The notes beneath the pieces were generated by a model, which was not told where the DNA came from, searched no databases, and saw only the letters and a list, made by a program, of their open reading frames with translations. A stretch of 47,050 nt of DNA from Hyphochytrium catenoides (taxonomy: Eukaryota > Protista > Hyphochytriomycota), in the NCBI GenBank assembly GCA_900088475.1, contig FLMG01003087.1:1-47050 (forward strand), given 5' to 3'. Each line of letters opens with the position of its first letter. Positions within the stretch are counted from its first letter, which is position 1. The position numbers and the translations under genes are program-made. Below are positions 1-14,200 of this stretch, piece after piece.

Positions 1-50
1 TGACTGCAGCCGCCTCAGCACGATCTGCAGGCTTAGACCGCTTAGCAGTA

Positions 51-2910
51 TCAGCTTTCTTTTCGCACCATGAGCCGCCGCAACTCGAGTGAAGTGAAAG
101 AATCTCTATCTTTCCGTCGTTGTTCGGCCACCTGCTGTAGGCGGGTGTCTGTCAGCTTAGCCTATGCACTATTTTTCTTTCCGATCCTTGGCGATGTTGT
201 CTCCTGGTGTTAAGAGCTTGATAATAAACCGTGCACAAAGAAGTGAAAGTGCAGGGAGAATCCAGATGGGAGATGTGACCAGGAGAAAGATGGCCCAGGG
301 CCACATCTTAGGATCCTTCAGCGGAGTTGCAAGCCTATTCACACAGACAAGAATATCATAAGAACGTGCAAGAGGGATAGGAAGAGACTAAGTTGGTGAA
401 AGCAGAGGTATGAGGTTGATTAGAAGAGAGAAAGAGTAGATAATGGGGCTCAATGGCTAAATTAGGAATGGCAGAGCCACAAAATAGAGAAGACCCATCG
501 TCAAGAAAGATGCATTGACTTGACGAAAAGAGACGAAAAGACACACTTCTTGGGCGGTATTTGGGAAAGTTGAAGAGGGGGAAAAGGAGTACCAGCATGG
601 TTCTAGCAAAGACTGTCCTTGCAGAGACAGGCAGCGCACCATTCTCGCCAAACAGGAGCCACCTTAACCTCCATCGAGCGGATGTCCGACAACTTAGGCC
701 GCTGGCGTAGCAATGACATTGCTCTTCCCTGAGTATCCGAAAGCACCTATAGGAGGTTGGTCATTAACAGTAACAGCACGACGATAGAGGGGCATCAAGT
801 AAGAAGCATACAGGCTGTGCAGGCAGAAAGACATTGCGACCACAACCTGTTATGGAGTGTTTTTCACAGAATTGAGGAGAAGCAGGGAGGAAAGAAGAGT
901 TTGGGCAACGACGCATGTGAGACAGAGCATGAGGAGGCATAAAGAGACGAAGAGGAGAGCTGTGAACCTTATGGAAGCTCATAATATCAAAAGTCGGGTC
1001 GGTGGTAACTCTTTCCGCCCAGCAATCGTCCAAAATTAACAGAGATCGTGCGAAGAGTTCTGCCAATGCCACGTTGATAGGAGTCCGAGTAGAGACTCGA
1101 GAGAAGTTTTCAGCGGCGGCGCTCTGGGCCTCCTCCATCAACCCTGAAAAAGACTGGAGCTCTGGCCTACGGCGCAGTGGATTCTTTCTCTCGGCCTCCG
1201 AAAGCTTGTGGAAGGGCCACAGCAGCGGCCCACAAAGACAAAGGTAAGAGAAAGGCACACAGTGAAAACAGAATCTGCGTGGCTCAAGCCAAAGGAAAAG
1301 AGTTTGAAAGTAGATGCTGCCCGCTAAGGGAGAAGGGGATAGACGGTGGATGAAGGCAGAAGAGTACCTCTGTTCCGCAGCAAGGACAAGTCATCGGTAG
1401 GGGATCTTTCAGCTTCAGGTGACATGTGAGGATCTCGATGACATTAATTGCCGAGGCAGCCAAAGGATACTGGTTCTCTAAACAGATTCGCTGGACAACA
1501 AGGTGACAGTGAGAGGCAGTAATGGCATAAAGACGTGAGGATCACCTGTTTGCGCCTCGATTGCAAAGGACATGAAGGTAGTGAGGAAGCAGTAGAGCAG
1601 ATAGTTGAGAATGCAAGCTCTACTATACTATTGCCCCCCTTAGCGGTAGCCCTGTGTCATGTGTCTCTCTCTCTCTCTTCCACCTATAACTTCTGGCCAG
1701 AACACCAGAGGAAGGACCACGAGGGAGTTCATCCTCATCAGCAGGTGCCCTCATATTTGCTAGGTTCTCCCTACAAAAATTCCTATTCACTAAAGCCAAG
1801 TAACTGACCTTCATCTCGTCTGGAAAGTGCTCAGCAAAGTAGACCAACATCTGAAGCCCAAGAAAGCCTGCCGCACGAAAGTCGGTGGTGCAGTCTTCGG
1901 CCTGTCGTTCATGAACAAAGAGTATGATGGAAGGAGAGAAGGAGACAGTAGAGTGTCGGTAAACATTGCCGAAAAGATATCACAAAGACCAATCGGAAAG
2001 GCTAGAAAATAATGATCCAGACATGCGTAGACGTACAGCCTGTGTCGAGAGCCATCCTAAAGATTTGCGGATGGGGAGAAGGGAAGGAGGTAGAAGATGG
2101 AGAGTGCCGAAGAGGGGCACAGACAAAACGGAACCAGGAGCAGGGTTTACTGCTGCTAGAAGGTTTTAGCGGACCTGGAAGCCAAGCTGCTTCCACTTGG
2201 CATGCTTATGGCCGGGATAAGGCTCTTCAGTACCGAACATCCCAATCCAGAGCCGACGGAGGTGCTGCCGATGCTCTTAAAAATGGGGACAGACAACAGA
2301 GAGGAGCGATGATTACCGAGATAGATAGAGCAGACAATCTACATACGATCTAGAGTAGCCATCATAGTTCAGTTATTACGCTTGCTAGTCGGTTAGAACT
2401 GTTACCTTCATTCTCCAAGTCAAAAGCAACACTTGAGAGTGTTCGCAGCCTTTCAACTTCGTCCACCTGGTGCAGCACTTAGCAGGTCATGCCAGGCAAT
2501 AGCGTGAAGAGCCCACTTACAATGGTTCGAGACCAGGAAAGACGAGATGGAAGCGAGAATCATATAGACGTAGAGAGAGAGAAAGAGAAAGAGGACGAAA
2601 GACGTTGAGAGAAGGAGAGAGAGGTATTGAATAAGAGAGAATGGAAATTGCGAGGAACAAGCTAGAGGAGAGGAAAGAGACAGCAGGAGGCCAGATTCAT
2701 TCGTGCGCACTCAGTAGCTCAAATGATGAGCCTCACCACCGCAGTGCTTGCTAGATCATCGTAATCCCGGAATCGCGGTCCGCCACAGATAGAGCTGCAC
2801 AGAGACTCTTGCGCTCCTAGCTCCTCCTTCCTTTGCCTTCGGATCAATGGCTCTCTCTGGGCCTCTTCCTCTCTCCGTTCTGCTATAGTGACGTTCTCTT
2901 CTCTACCCAT
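51..2910 (-). CDS. ELMO/CED-12 domain protein (ELMOD family, ARF/ARL GAP-like), about 8 exons
   Basis: Spliced translation: ...VDEVERLRTLSSVAFDLENE|EHRQHLRRLWIGMFG...KWKQLGFQ|AEDCTTDFRAAGFLGLQMLVYFAEHFPDEMK|RICLENQYPLAASAINV... This carries the ELMO signature W..LGFQ...TDFR..G.LGL..L.YFA and YP.A...IN. ATG at 2910, TGA at 51-53. Confidence 0.88.
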
Positions 2911-3114
2911 CGTGATAGTAGGCTGCCCGGGCCCAATGCCTCGTGGGTTGAACCTTTCAAGAGACTCCGAGAGTTGTTGATCTTGACGGACACCTTGCTT
3001 GAAGGCCCATACCTTTCCCTTCTTAGCTCTTCTCCAGCCCGTCACCAGGCTTTTCTTCGCAGCGAACCCGCCGATTTATTATTATGTGGGCTCTGTCTGT
3101 CTTCATCGTCTTGC

Positions 3115-3410
3115 AGTCTCTCTGTCTCTCTGTCTCTCTCTCTCTGTCTCTCTCTCTCTCTCTGGAGTTGAAGTTCCTTGCAATGCCATTCTAGCCGCTA
3201 ACGACTATCTGAAGGATCAGAATTCATAGCTTTGTTGCTGTGCCAGTCTACATGTGTCTTTCCCTCTCTCTCCCTCTCTCTGTTTCTCTCTCTCTCTCTG
3301 TTTCTCTCTCTCTGTTTCTCTCTCTCTGTTTCTCTCTCGTTCTATCTCTTCTGTCTTCTCGCTCTCTGTCTCTCTCTGTCCTCTCTCTCGTTCTCGCTCT
3401 CTCTCTCTTT
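3115..3410. repeat. Imperfect (CT)n microsatellite array in the ELMOD/TTC9 head-to-head intergenic region
   Basis: Directly visible CT runs. Confidence 0.95.
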
Positions 3411-3639
3411 CGAGTTAGAAAGCTTTATTTGTCTTCTACACGTGCGTTTTACTTCTGAAAGCACTTCAGCCCCAAGTCCGAGAGACACTTTGAGCTACTC
3501 GCAGTCTGCTCCACCATCTCCTCCCCGCTCTGAGAAGTGAGCGTCTTCTTCCTCTGCCCTCGTCTAGGCCGACCTGTGCCACACCTACTCTCCCTCTCTC
3601 TCTTCTATATATTAGAGCCTCGCTGCGCCGTGCTGTGTG

Positions 3640-4875
3640 ATGGCTAGCCCGGAAGTACAACCGGCAGCTCGCCGTTCAGGGCCTCTCACGACTGAGGCCA
3701 AGGTCGAGAAGGCGGAGGCTCTGAAGACAGAAGGGAATCAGTTGGTGAAGCAGCAGAACTATAAGAAAGCTATTGTCAAATATAGTCAGGTACCTAGTGC
3801 CCAGCCCTCTAGCCAACTCCCAGTTTCCTAATAGTTGGATTTGTCCTCCTTCCTATTGTCGTTACTTCTCTGTTTATCTGATCTGTCTGCTGTCTGTCTG
3901 TCTTGCTTGCCTTCTCCCTCTCTCTCACGACCACGCTGTCTCTCACTTGTAGAGTCCTTTTCTGTCTCTCTCTAGTACTACCCCGTGTGCTCAGCCGAGA
4001 CCTATTCTCCTCTTCCAGGTTTTCGCGTACATCAACGGCTTGGACTTTGAGAACTCAGGCCTTAGCCAGTACAGCAGCGCTCTCAAGCGAGAGCCTCTAG
4101 CAGAGGCAAGTTTGAACTGACTCCCGCTCAGTTATGACTCCGACCCTCTCGCTTTCCTTTCCTTCCCCATTCCAGTGCAATTCTCACGTTATGTCCCTTT
4201 CCACCGTCTATCAACGCTCTGCTAGCGCTCTTGGTATCTGGCTCTTTCTTTGGCTCAATCTCCCTCCGAGAGACGACTTCTGACTTGCGGTTGACGGGCT
4301 GCCGTGTCTCCTTTGCAGGACCTTAAGGCTAAGTGTGAGGCCCTGCGAGTGTCCTGCTGGTCAAACATCTCCCTTTGTCATCTTCAGCTGCGGCAGTGGG
4401 ATGAAGCTTTGCGCTATTCAAACAAAGTGCTGGAGGTGGACCCCAAGAATGTAAAGAATGGCTTTAGAAAGGGACAATGCCTCATGGAGCTCGGAGACCT
4501 GGAAAGAGCTAAGGTAAGAGCAATATCTCTCTCTCTTCTCTCTCTTCGCGCTTGGTTGAGATTATAGAAGTATAAACGTATTAGGATAAAGCTCTTGGTG
4601 CTACACCAGCTATGGAATCCTCTAGCGGCCACGCCTATAGTGTCTTCATTCAATGCTTCTGCGGAGCCCCTCTCCCTCTCTCGTAATTGCCATTCGTTTT
4701 CGTCTCTTCATCCGGTGGACCTCACCTATGCTTTTAGACTTTCCTTGACCAGGCAATCGCAAACTCTCCAAACGATGCTACTGTCCTCTCCGCGCAACGG
4801 CGGCTAAAAGGCATGATGAGAGAGCAAAAAGAGAAGGAGAAGCGGCTGTATGCGAAGGCGTTCGGTCAGGGATGA
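3640..4875 (+). CDS. TPR protein, TTC9 / FKBP-TPR-like, 4 exons
   Basis: Exons about 3640-3789, 4019-4105, 4319-4512, 4738-4875. AEALKTEGNQLVKQQNYKKAIVKYSQ|VFAYINGLD...|...CWSNISLCHLQLRQWDEALRYSNKVLEVDPKNVK...|...EKEKRLYAKAFGQG*. Intron 2 has a GC donor (GCAAGT at 4106). Confidence 0.85.
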
Positions 4876-5239
4876 CACAGCCATCAGGAAGAGGGGCACT
4901 TGTGCAAAATTGTTTGTGAATTCTCCCACTCTGGGTCTCTCAAGCTTTGTCCGCTTGAGGTGCCGTCTTTTAAGGCCAAGGCTTTCAAGCCAAAAGCTGG
5001 GAACAAGCTTTTTGTCTCCTTTCTCCATTGTGCCTACGACTTTGCTCGGAGAGGATCGGATAGCGCACACATATAATATAATCACTGATATAGTACTTTA
5101 CGAAATCTGTACATGGACAACCTCTTACTGTTACAGAGCTTGGGACATGGTCTATGGTGCACACGACTAGACAGACAAGCTTCCATGCCCTGCTGCCTCT
5201 CCAGCCTCTCTTGACCTCTTCTTTTTGGCTTCATCTTCT

Positions 5240-8200
5240 TCAAGGGGAGATCCGTCGTCCTTCCAGAGAGAAAGCCATTCTATCCCTTGTTCCCAGCGGT
5301 GTGCTGGGAGATGGAGACGTGTATTTGTCAAACTTTAGCGAGGAGGTTCCAAGGGCTCCAAGACCTTCCTCCTAGTATGTTGGGTAGGGAAGGGGACGTC
5401 GCCCAAAGGGTTCCATGGTAGAAGGAAGGGCATGTCAGAAAGAACGGTCGAGAGAAGCCAGTGGCACTCGCAGGTAGAAATTCTAGAAAGTAAATACAAA
5501 GAGATCAGGAGACCAAAGAGTCAAGATCCCCGCAGAAGGAGTTTCTTTATAGACCATGAACAGCACTGAATCGGATCTACTTACCCATGATGCCGTAGGT
5601 GAGGAAGACGGTTTGAGGTCCAACGGAGAGACTGAAGGCTTAAAGGTATAAGCAGTGGACGACGGCTTGGTCCGAGACCGATTCAATTGCAGCTCGTTAA
5701 TCTCCTTATTCAACCACGCTATGACTGGGAGATATGTGAAGGTGATGTTAGATGCACCTTCGATATGTGCAAGGGAGCTCTACTAGGGCTTTCTAGCTTG
5801 CTGTCATTTGTCCCCTTCGCCCTAGTCTGCTTGCTTCGTACTTCCTGCCTCTGTTAGGCGTTACATTCTCACCTTGCTGGTTTGACTGCAGTAGCTTGTT
5901 CCCCTCCGCAAGCTTTGAGTTTGCGCTCTGAAGGTCAGCCTATGGACGATGGTCAGAGGCAGGACAACCAAATGCATCCTTTGCTCACTCCCTACCTTCA
6001 GACGCTCCGCCTCATCTTCCTTCTCCTTGCTCTGTGACTCTAGGGCAGTCATTTGCTTGGTGATCGTCCTGATTTCTTTTTCTCTCTCCTGAATGGCCTG
6101 TTCTTGTTGCTTGATGACCAAAGAGCGAGTCTTTAATTTGCTCTTGAGCGTTCGATGATCTGCCTGATACTTTTGAATGATCTCGTTGCCCTAGAAATGG
6201 GTGTGTGGGAGTGAACGGATAAACGTAGCTTAGAACGCTAGAGGAGAGAAGAGGGGCGTCCCTAGGAAAGATCTCGGGAGCGGCCTTAGAGGAGCCTCCA
6301 AGCTAGCCCTCGCTATTCACCATGACAAACCTTATTAATCTCTTGGATGCTCGCTTCCAGTTTCTCTTGCAGCTTCGCATAGTTCTCCTTGTACAGCTTG
6401 AGAGACTCATCGAAGTTCAACTGAGGGAATAGGTAAGTAGCACAGAACGATGAGGCAAGCTCAGGCATGGCGGAGGCAGTAGACCCAGTACCGTTGGTCT
6501 TACCTTGTGTGACTCTGCTGTCTGTACTATTGACGTCATTTTATCTATCATCTCTTCCTTATCGCGCACCTGCGAGAGCGAAGGATGACGGACGAATGGA
6601 GGTTACGCAAACACTTTATGAGGAAGATAGCGGCTTAAGCAGCAAATTCCTCTTAGCACAGGAGGCGGAGTAGACAGAAGATTTGATAGCTTAGAGATAT
6701 GAAACATGGAACGGAGAGGACAAAGTTCATCCTTTACAGAGACAAAGAAAGGGAGCCGGTAGAGAAGAAGAACAAAAGGAGCAGACCGAGAAGAGACGGA
6801 GAACAGAGTTGGCAGACGGAGGCAGCGGTCCTCTCTAGGAGCTTACCTTCTGTTGCAAGGTCGCCATTTCCAGCTTTTGCTGATTTAGCTTTTTCTCAAG
6901 CTCAAATCGCTCCCTTTCCCCTTCAGACAGCTGCGCTCTTGCCATGTCTAGATCAGCTTTACACCGCTCGTAAGCCCGGTTGACCTCATCCAAGCGATTG
7001 CGCAGCTGGCTCTCCTTGTTTTGGCTAGAGAGTTTCCCTTCTGTCAGGCCCTTGTTCTGTTGCTCGTATGAAGAGAGCGCCTCTCGAAGCTCTGCTATCT
7101 ACGTGGCACAGGGCAAGGACGAGACGAAGAAACGAGAGGGAAACCGTAATTGTAAGTTTTGAGTGCTTAGCAGCGTCATTCTTATGGCAACGAAGTTATC
7201 TCTTACCGTCTTCTCTGATTTTTGTCGTAGTTCTCTCAACTCTTGCTGGTGCCTCTCTTGCATTTGTTCGGATGCCTGTAGGGCCTTCTCTTTCTAGCAA
7301 GGACCAAGGTTACGCAATCAACAGGCAATAGATAGAGGTTAGTTCCAATAGAGCTCAGATGTAGTCAAACCAGCTATTTTTGCAGAGTAAAAGGGGATAT
7401 ATGTTGGCTAACGAGCAAATTTGTACGAAGAAGTTAGGGAGTAAAGACCCGCTCCTTGTTTCAAAGGCTATATGTGGCCACCACCGATTCAGAGCGGCCA
7501 CAGCGGATGAAGTAGAAAGACAGGCAGACAGCACAGTCAAACATTGGAGCTAAAAATGGTTTCACACAGAAGACAGTGTTGCTGGGCCAATGAGGGTCTT
7601 TACGTTGCACCAACCTGCTCATTCAGTTTGGCATTGTAATCAAGCTTTAACTGCTTCATCTCCAGCTCGCGCTGATCTGTCATTTCTCTGGCGGTCTCCA
7701 CTGCTGTCTTGGCCTCCTCCTTCGCCAAGCGCAGTTCTCTTTCTGAGCGGGAGAGCTGCTGTGAAAGCTTTTGGTTCTGATGCTAGAACGTCAGGAAGGC
7801 ATGGACAGTCAGATCCCTTGCACAGCATACCCATAGAGAGGCCATCAGCAAAGTTCAATAAGAAATAAAAACAGAGGAAGGCATAGACAATAGCAGCAAG
7901 AAGATTCTGGCAGATTCTAACTCGCATGAAGAGGTAAAAATGTCTTTTACTCCTTCAACCTTCCTAACCATCGCCAAGCTTACCTTAATCTGCCCCAGTC
8001 TGTCCGCCAGGTACTTCTTCACTGTAAGGTCATTACCGGGCCTGAACTTGAGCGACAGATGCGTCAGCTGTTTGAACAAGTTTGCCTCCACTATGCTGAA
8101 GATGGCATGTCCCGAGGTATTCCGATTGTTCAGTACTGCCAGAAACCTAGGGATAGGAAGAGACATTGTGCATTGTCAGACGAGGGGGATGGATGCGGGC

Positions 8201-9030
8201 AAAAGAGTTGGAGACATCTCAATGATGTTTTCATCAACTAAAAAGCCATGAGAAAGGTCACAAGGGACAGGCAGTGGGACATTCATCGCTCCAAGCGATA
8301 AGAGGGTCCAGGCAGAGGATGAGCCGAGAGAGAGAAGAGGAAAGATAGAAGTGACCTCTACCCATCATCCCTTCTGTGGGCTACCTGTGTGAAGACCCAA
8401 TGCCTGCCGATGCCACAGAGATAGAGGAGGCGTTACATTCGGGAGGATCTCCACTACTTTTCTCTTCCACGCAAAGGAGCAAGAGCTCTATGAACTTGGA
8501 GGCAAAGGCGGAGAAGTCCACGAGTAGCTTCTGGTCGTTCTTCAGCTCGTGGAACTCTTCCTCACTGACATCCAAGGTGAAAAGGAATAGTGAGTCATCC
8601 TCGTCAGTGATCTCAATGTGCAGAAGCCGCTCCTTTGTCCCCCGTGCAGCCTGCTGAAAGACGTGAGAGATGTCAGGACGATATGAGGAGCTAAGAATGA
8701 ACGGGAGGCACACCGCCGCGCTGAACAGCTAAACCAGCGAGACAGTAGGGTGCAATCCGTAGCAGGAGAAAACGGGAGATTAAAGACAGGCATAATAGAT
8801 GTCGCAGAGCGAGCAGAGGCAGAAGCAATCCCAAAGACAGTCGTTGGTTCTCCAGCACAAGGGACGAATCTCTGGCGTATTGAAGGTTAGATAGCAGTGG
8901 GGCTCACCCTGTGGCCATTAAGCACCCTCAGCCTCAAGTCTGCGCTGCGCTCTTCTCTGTCCGCCAGCTGAAGCAGAATAGGTACCGGCTCATCGAAGAG
9001 AGGGGTCTCCCGCTCGTACTCTTCCACCAT
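5240..9030 (-). CDS. SAS6: Spindle assembly abnormal protein 6 (centriole cartwheel protein), about 12 exons
   Basis: N-terminal SAS-6 head ([48 protein letters not shown]; [24 protein letters not shown]...KKYLA), long coiled-coil exons, EINK|GNEIIQK and QSNQQ|[11 protein letters not shown] motifs. Exons join in frame at GT-AG sites. Confidence 0.95.
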
Positions 9031-11089
9031 CCTAGCCAATAATGTTAAGAAAGCTTCTCTCTTGCCTCTCTCTGCTCTTCTCTTGAAAGGAGATGAGAGA
9101 TCTCAGCAGCTGATCGACGGCAGTATTTTGACAAGCGGCTCGGAGATTGTCTGACCGACTAACAGCCCCAAGAGAAGTGTCTCCTGACTCCTGACAGCGG
9201 CTGTTAACTGTGCTCTTCTCGCTGCTGTCTCTCTCTTTCTCTCTCTCTCCCTTCCTCTCTCGTTGCTCTCAAGTGAGTTGCTCCTTCTGCTGCCAAGCCT
9301 AAAAACGCCGCCTGGCCTTCCGCGCGAAGAGAACTGATGTGCAGCAAATTCAAAACCTTGTACGTTAGCGGCTCTAACGCTGTTACAAAACTGGTAGTTA
9401 CCCTTTTGGACGAGCAAATTTCACGAAAGTCCGACATATTAACAGGGCCTTACAACCTCATATGGTAGATAAAGGGTTTAGACCACTTAGGCGGTTTATA
9501 CCGGCCACTGGGCGACAGCAGGAAGGTGAAGGCCTCGTGTTCTTGAGGCGCTGCCCCCAAGCGGCGCCGCTCCGGTCTGCTCAGGGTAACTCACTATCAA
9601 AGGAGATCCGCGATGGCGATGATGCTAAAGCAGCAGCCAGCAGGAGCCTCGGGGCAAGAGAAGAAGGAGGAAGATGGGAGAGACGATGAAGAAGAACAAT
9701 GAGGAGAAGAGAGAAGAGGAGGAGCAAGCTGCGCATTGTCTCATAGAGAGTAAGGCTAAAAGTATCTCATAGAATAGAAGGGATGATAAAAGGCTGAAAG
9801 GATAACGAGGAGATAAGCTGCGTGAAAGTTCGAAGAAGAAGCAGAGGAGACGTAGTCAGGAAAGCAGTAACTTGATGCAAACTCTATCTGATGCAACTCC
9901 ATCAATAGCTGCTCCTCCTCTTGTGCACCTCTTCTCTTATAAACGACGACGGAGGACAAGTAATAAAAAAAATAGGCGGAGACTACAAAGCGGCGGTCCT
10001 GCTGCGGGGCTAACCCATTGCAAGAGACACCTAATGAGAGTACCAGGCAGGAGAAAAGTCAAGCTCCTGCTTTAGCATGCCCCTCTAAAGAGCCTGATAC
10101 GTCATCCTCCTTACTTCGTCTTTGGAGCCCACTAGTGCTTAGAAGGAAAGTCCAGGGGGCAGTCGATCGGCGGACCCTGGGAGCTGGCAATACACGTCAT
10201 AACGGAGGAAAGGGGAGGATAGGTTCTGTTAGGAAAGAACCTTGTTACAGCTGCCGCCTTATCTCTATAAAGGTTATCATCATAGTTAAATGCCACCTGC
10301 GGGCTGCCCTTAGATGGACTTCCCTGCGCTAAACTCTATAACTTAGACGCTTTCCTACGGGAGTCTCGCCTTACACCTTCACTATCCGGAGCGACTGCAA
10401 ACCAAGGAACCTCTAAGGGAAAGACTGAGATCAAGCATCATAGACGACCGCCACTTAGAGTAACTCCAAAGGCTAGTCTGTCCCTAGTTAGCTCTCCCAG
10501 TGAGTGACCCGCAGACCCTTCTGCCGTTCCGACGAAGAAATGCTTCTTCTATCAGCAGCAGAGAAGGCCGGCAGATGCAAGGTGGGAGGTGTAGCTAGGC
10601 TGAGGAGGCGGCGGCGGGGGAGAGAAGCAGCTAGAGAAGCCAAGCTCTGAATTGAAAGGCGTCATCATCATCTCAGAAGAACGAAGGCCAAAGATCTCTA
10701 CAGTACCAAGATTCTCACTGGGAAAGACAGCAAAATCCTTAGCGTTAGCGGTATATTGCTGTGTGTTATTGATCAGCGCAGAAGAGTCGTGATCTCTGTC
10801 AATGGAGAGTTGCTTCCTCCTCAGCCCCACAGGAGAGGGGCGAGCTGGGGCTTGAGGAAGAATTGGAAGGAAAGTGACAGGCAGTACGCACGAGACGAGG
10901 CCTTGACAGTCGGAGCTAGATAGCAGCGCCACTCCTCCCATAGGCAGGAGTGTAGTCCGAAGACAGAAGCTAAAGGGGCCGGACAGGGAGGAGCTCAGTC
11001 CGACGCCACAGGCAGCTATCGACTGCAGAAGAGAGATATTGCAAGACTCACCCGCGGAAGTAAGTAAGGTTAAAGCGGCGATAAGACAG

Positions 11090-11092
<3 letters not shown>

Positions 11093-11140
<48 letters not shown>
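11093..11140. repeat. (AG)n microsatellite just upstream of the KIFBP ATG
   Basis: About 24 perfect AG units. Confidence 0.95.
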
Positions 11141-11141
<1 letters not shown>

Positions 11142-11203
11142 AAGAATGGGAGAGGAGAGATGAAGATGTTGACGGGCCTTCCAGGCGCGCACGCTGGACA
11201 CAA

Positions 11204-14200
11204 ATGAGCTCCAAGGAAGACATCCTCCAGATGGCAGCCCGCACAGGGCTCGCAGTTGTCGAGGAGGTCACGGACCAGGACTTTGAGAAGCAATGGCAGG
11301 ACCATTATGAGCGGGCAGAAGAGCTATATCAGGTAAGCCCCCGATGGTCTCTCACTTCTTTAGTTGTCCAGTAAGGGCACAGACCGCCCATAAACGGCGA
11401 CCGCCCTTGCAGTCAGTCCTCCACCGTGACTGGTCTTCCTTTTGCTTGAGTGTCCAATCTTAATCCTCTTTCTCCGTCTAAGGCTCCAGCTCGCCATCTC
11501 TTCTTCTCTCTTTCCCTCTCCTTTCTATCGGTAGGCCCTCGATGGTCGCCAGGGGTTGCACACCACGCTCGGTTCTTTCGTTCTGCCTTCCTTTTCAGTG
11601 GTAAATAGAGCCTCAAAATGTCTTTCCCAACTGAATGTAGGCCATCGATCCGGAAACTGAGCCTTATCGGTCTAAGTACGAGGCCAGGAAGATAATGGTA
11701 CGGGCTGCTGGAGGCCACTGAAGGATACAGATAGTCTTTACTATTGCTCCGGCGCTCGCTCAATCGGTCACTACTCCTACCGTTATGCTGGCGGCAGATA
11801 CTCTTCTATGCTGTCTAGAACTAGGCGCTGTGCTTACTTTTCGCTCCGTAGCTCACTGCAGCAGTCCCTAACCTTCTTCCTTATACTTGCAGACTGATCT
11901 GCGGAAGGATGCGCTCGGCAGGAAGGTTGTTGCCCAGGTGCAGACGCCAGATAAAGTGGCCGTAAGATGAAGCTTCGTGTTGAGACTAACCTCTTTGCTC
12001 CTAACTTGATAGCGGTTCCTTCTTCGTCTTTGCAGTTCTATGCGGAGAAAGTAGCCATCGCGGACTTCAAGCTAGGCAAGAACTTGATGGAGACTGAAGA
12101 AGCACATGGTGCGTCTTCTCAAAGTCTGCATCTTGGGGGCTCTGTTCTTTGCATCGTCACCTTTCTCCTTTCCGCGTCAACACTCACTCTCTCTGCTCCA
12201 GCTGCCGGCGAGTACCTTGAAGACGCTGTCAACTTCTTCTTCCCCGGACTGGCAGAGAGTGTGAGTGACTATTGTAGGAACAGTGATAGAGGAACTGGAC
12301 ACTAGATAATTGAATGTGAGATGGACAGAAGCACAGTCGTGATAGCGATAAGGTTTGGGCTAACAGGGAGCTAGCTGCTCTCAGTCAAACCCTGCTCACA
12401 CTCGCCTAACAAAGTGCTTTTTGCATGGCGGCGCAGGTGAAAATGATGGAAACGCAGGTCAAGGCGGCTGATTCGGCAAAAGGAGAGGAGACTGGGAGAG
12501 AGCACTATGGTATAACAGGACTTCATTAGACATTGCAAAGCGCTTCTCATCTTCCAAACCCAAGCTTTCATAGTGTCACGACTGGTTAGCTCTACCATGA
12601 GAGTAGCTCTGAATATAACCTATTTGCTGCGTACAGAGATGACTGTTGAAAGAGCTGCGCTGGCCAATAAGGAGCTCACACTAGGTCAGTAAAGGACTGC
12701 ACCACTAGCCCTTCCAGCATCCGCCCTTATCACGAGCTCAGAATGGTTGGCGTCATCTCTCCATCTTTGTCCTTAGATCTCCTCAACCAGCTGGCGCTAC
12801 TGAGGTCAGTCAGATGAGACTCTGTAAGCTGCGTTTCTACAAAGCCTTAACCTTGCCTGTGACAGAACATACAGAGAGGAGTACAAGAAAGCGCTCCAAT
12901 ATCTTTTATTCGCTCAAGAAGCCTATGAAAGATATCTCAAAGCCGCCAAGGCTTCCTCTCTAGAGTTAGCTGATGGTAGCCAGCGGGGCCTGGAGCTGGA
13001 ACGGTTGAATACCATGACGCAATACTACCTCATCCAGGTATTAGATCAGAACCTCCGTTTCTGTCTCTCGTTTTGTCCTTGATTCTTTTCTTGGTTTTCT
13101 GGTGGAAGAACGATTAGAGCTCCCGTTAGAACCGGCTTTTGTAATGCTTTCATGGTATGGAATGTCTATCATCGACCTGTGAACTGCATCTAATTGTTGA
13201 TTGCTTCTACGCCTCGTGCTTGGTGTTTGGCAGGTGTATATGCACCTTGGAGAACCCGAGAAAGGGGCTGCTGCAGGTCTCGAGACAGTGCGACGATGCT
13301 TGAAGAGGAAGTTGATTCCTGGCATTCGGTGGACTCCATTGCTGCTTGACCTAGAATCTTTCTTCAGAAGCAGGGCAAGATTTAGACAGGTTCATCTGCT
13401 TCTCCAGACACCCGACACTCATACTGCCCTTTCTGTGCGCTTGAGGTCTCCTATTGGGTGGCACCAGGACCTTCTAGAGCCTGTGTTTGCTGGCAGATAC
13501 TGTTACCGTTCTTTAGTCTTTTCTTGCGTGTCTCTTGTACAAAAGCGCTTACACAGATTCACTAGTCAGCACATCTTCTTAACGTGGCGAAGAAGATTTC
13601 GGAGCAAGACGAGGAAGCTGCTGACCCGGTCGGAGAGGTGGAGGAAGGTGAAGGCGAGAAGGTAGCCACAGAGAGAGCAAATATCCATTTAGGTTGGGCA
13701 TCCCTGTACTCCAAGGTCTTAGAGGTACGTGTGGAGAGACAAGCTGTATTATAGCTCCTCTAACGTCCTTCTTGCTAACCTTTATTACATAGCACGGTCT
13801 CTCCCTCTGCCGTTCCTTATCCTTGACGGTGACGTGATAGCTTCATTCACTCTTCATCACTTTCTCTATCTATTTAAGAGATATGCCCACTTCCACCCTC
13901 TTTCACTGTCCCTGGCTGGTCCAGCAAGAGAATTGGCTGCTGTTTAACCAACTGCCCAATGCTTCTATAGGTAGCCCAAAGCAAGACAGAGGATCCAGAT
14001 ATAGAATTAAAGGTAGCATGGTCAAGCGCTTAAGGTTGACAGATGGTGTTTATGTAAATGCATTCATAGGAAGAGGGTGAGCTGGACCGCGTTCTCGAGC
14101 TGGATTCGGAGGAATTTCCTGCTCTTCTCGACCCCAGAACGGTCACTACATTCGACCATGCGAGAGATCTATTCAAGCTCGCTCTCACACACTACACTAA

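Noticed and set aside
2515-2560. Possible micro-exon in ELMOD intron 1 (perfect GTAAGT at about 2520)
   Set aside because: No nearby upstream AG acceptor, and the flanking exons already join in frame.
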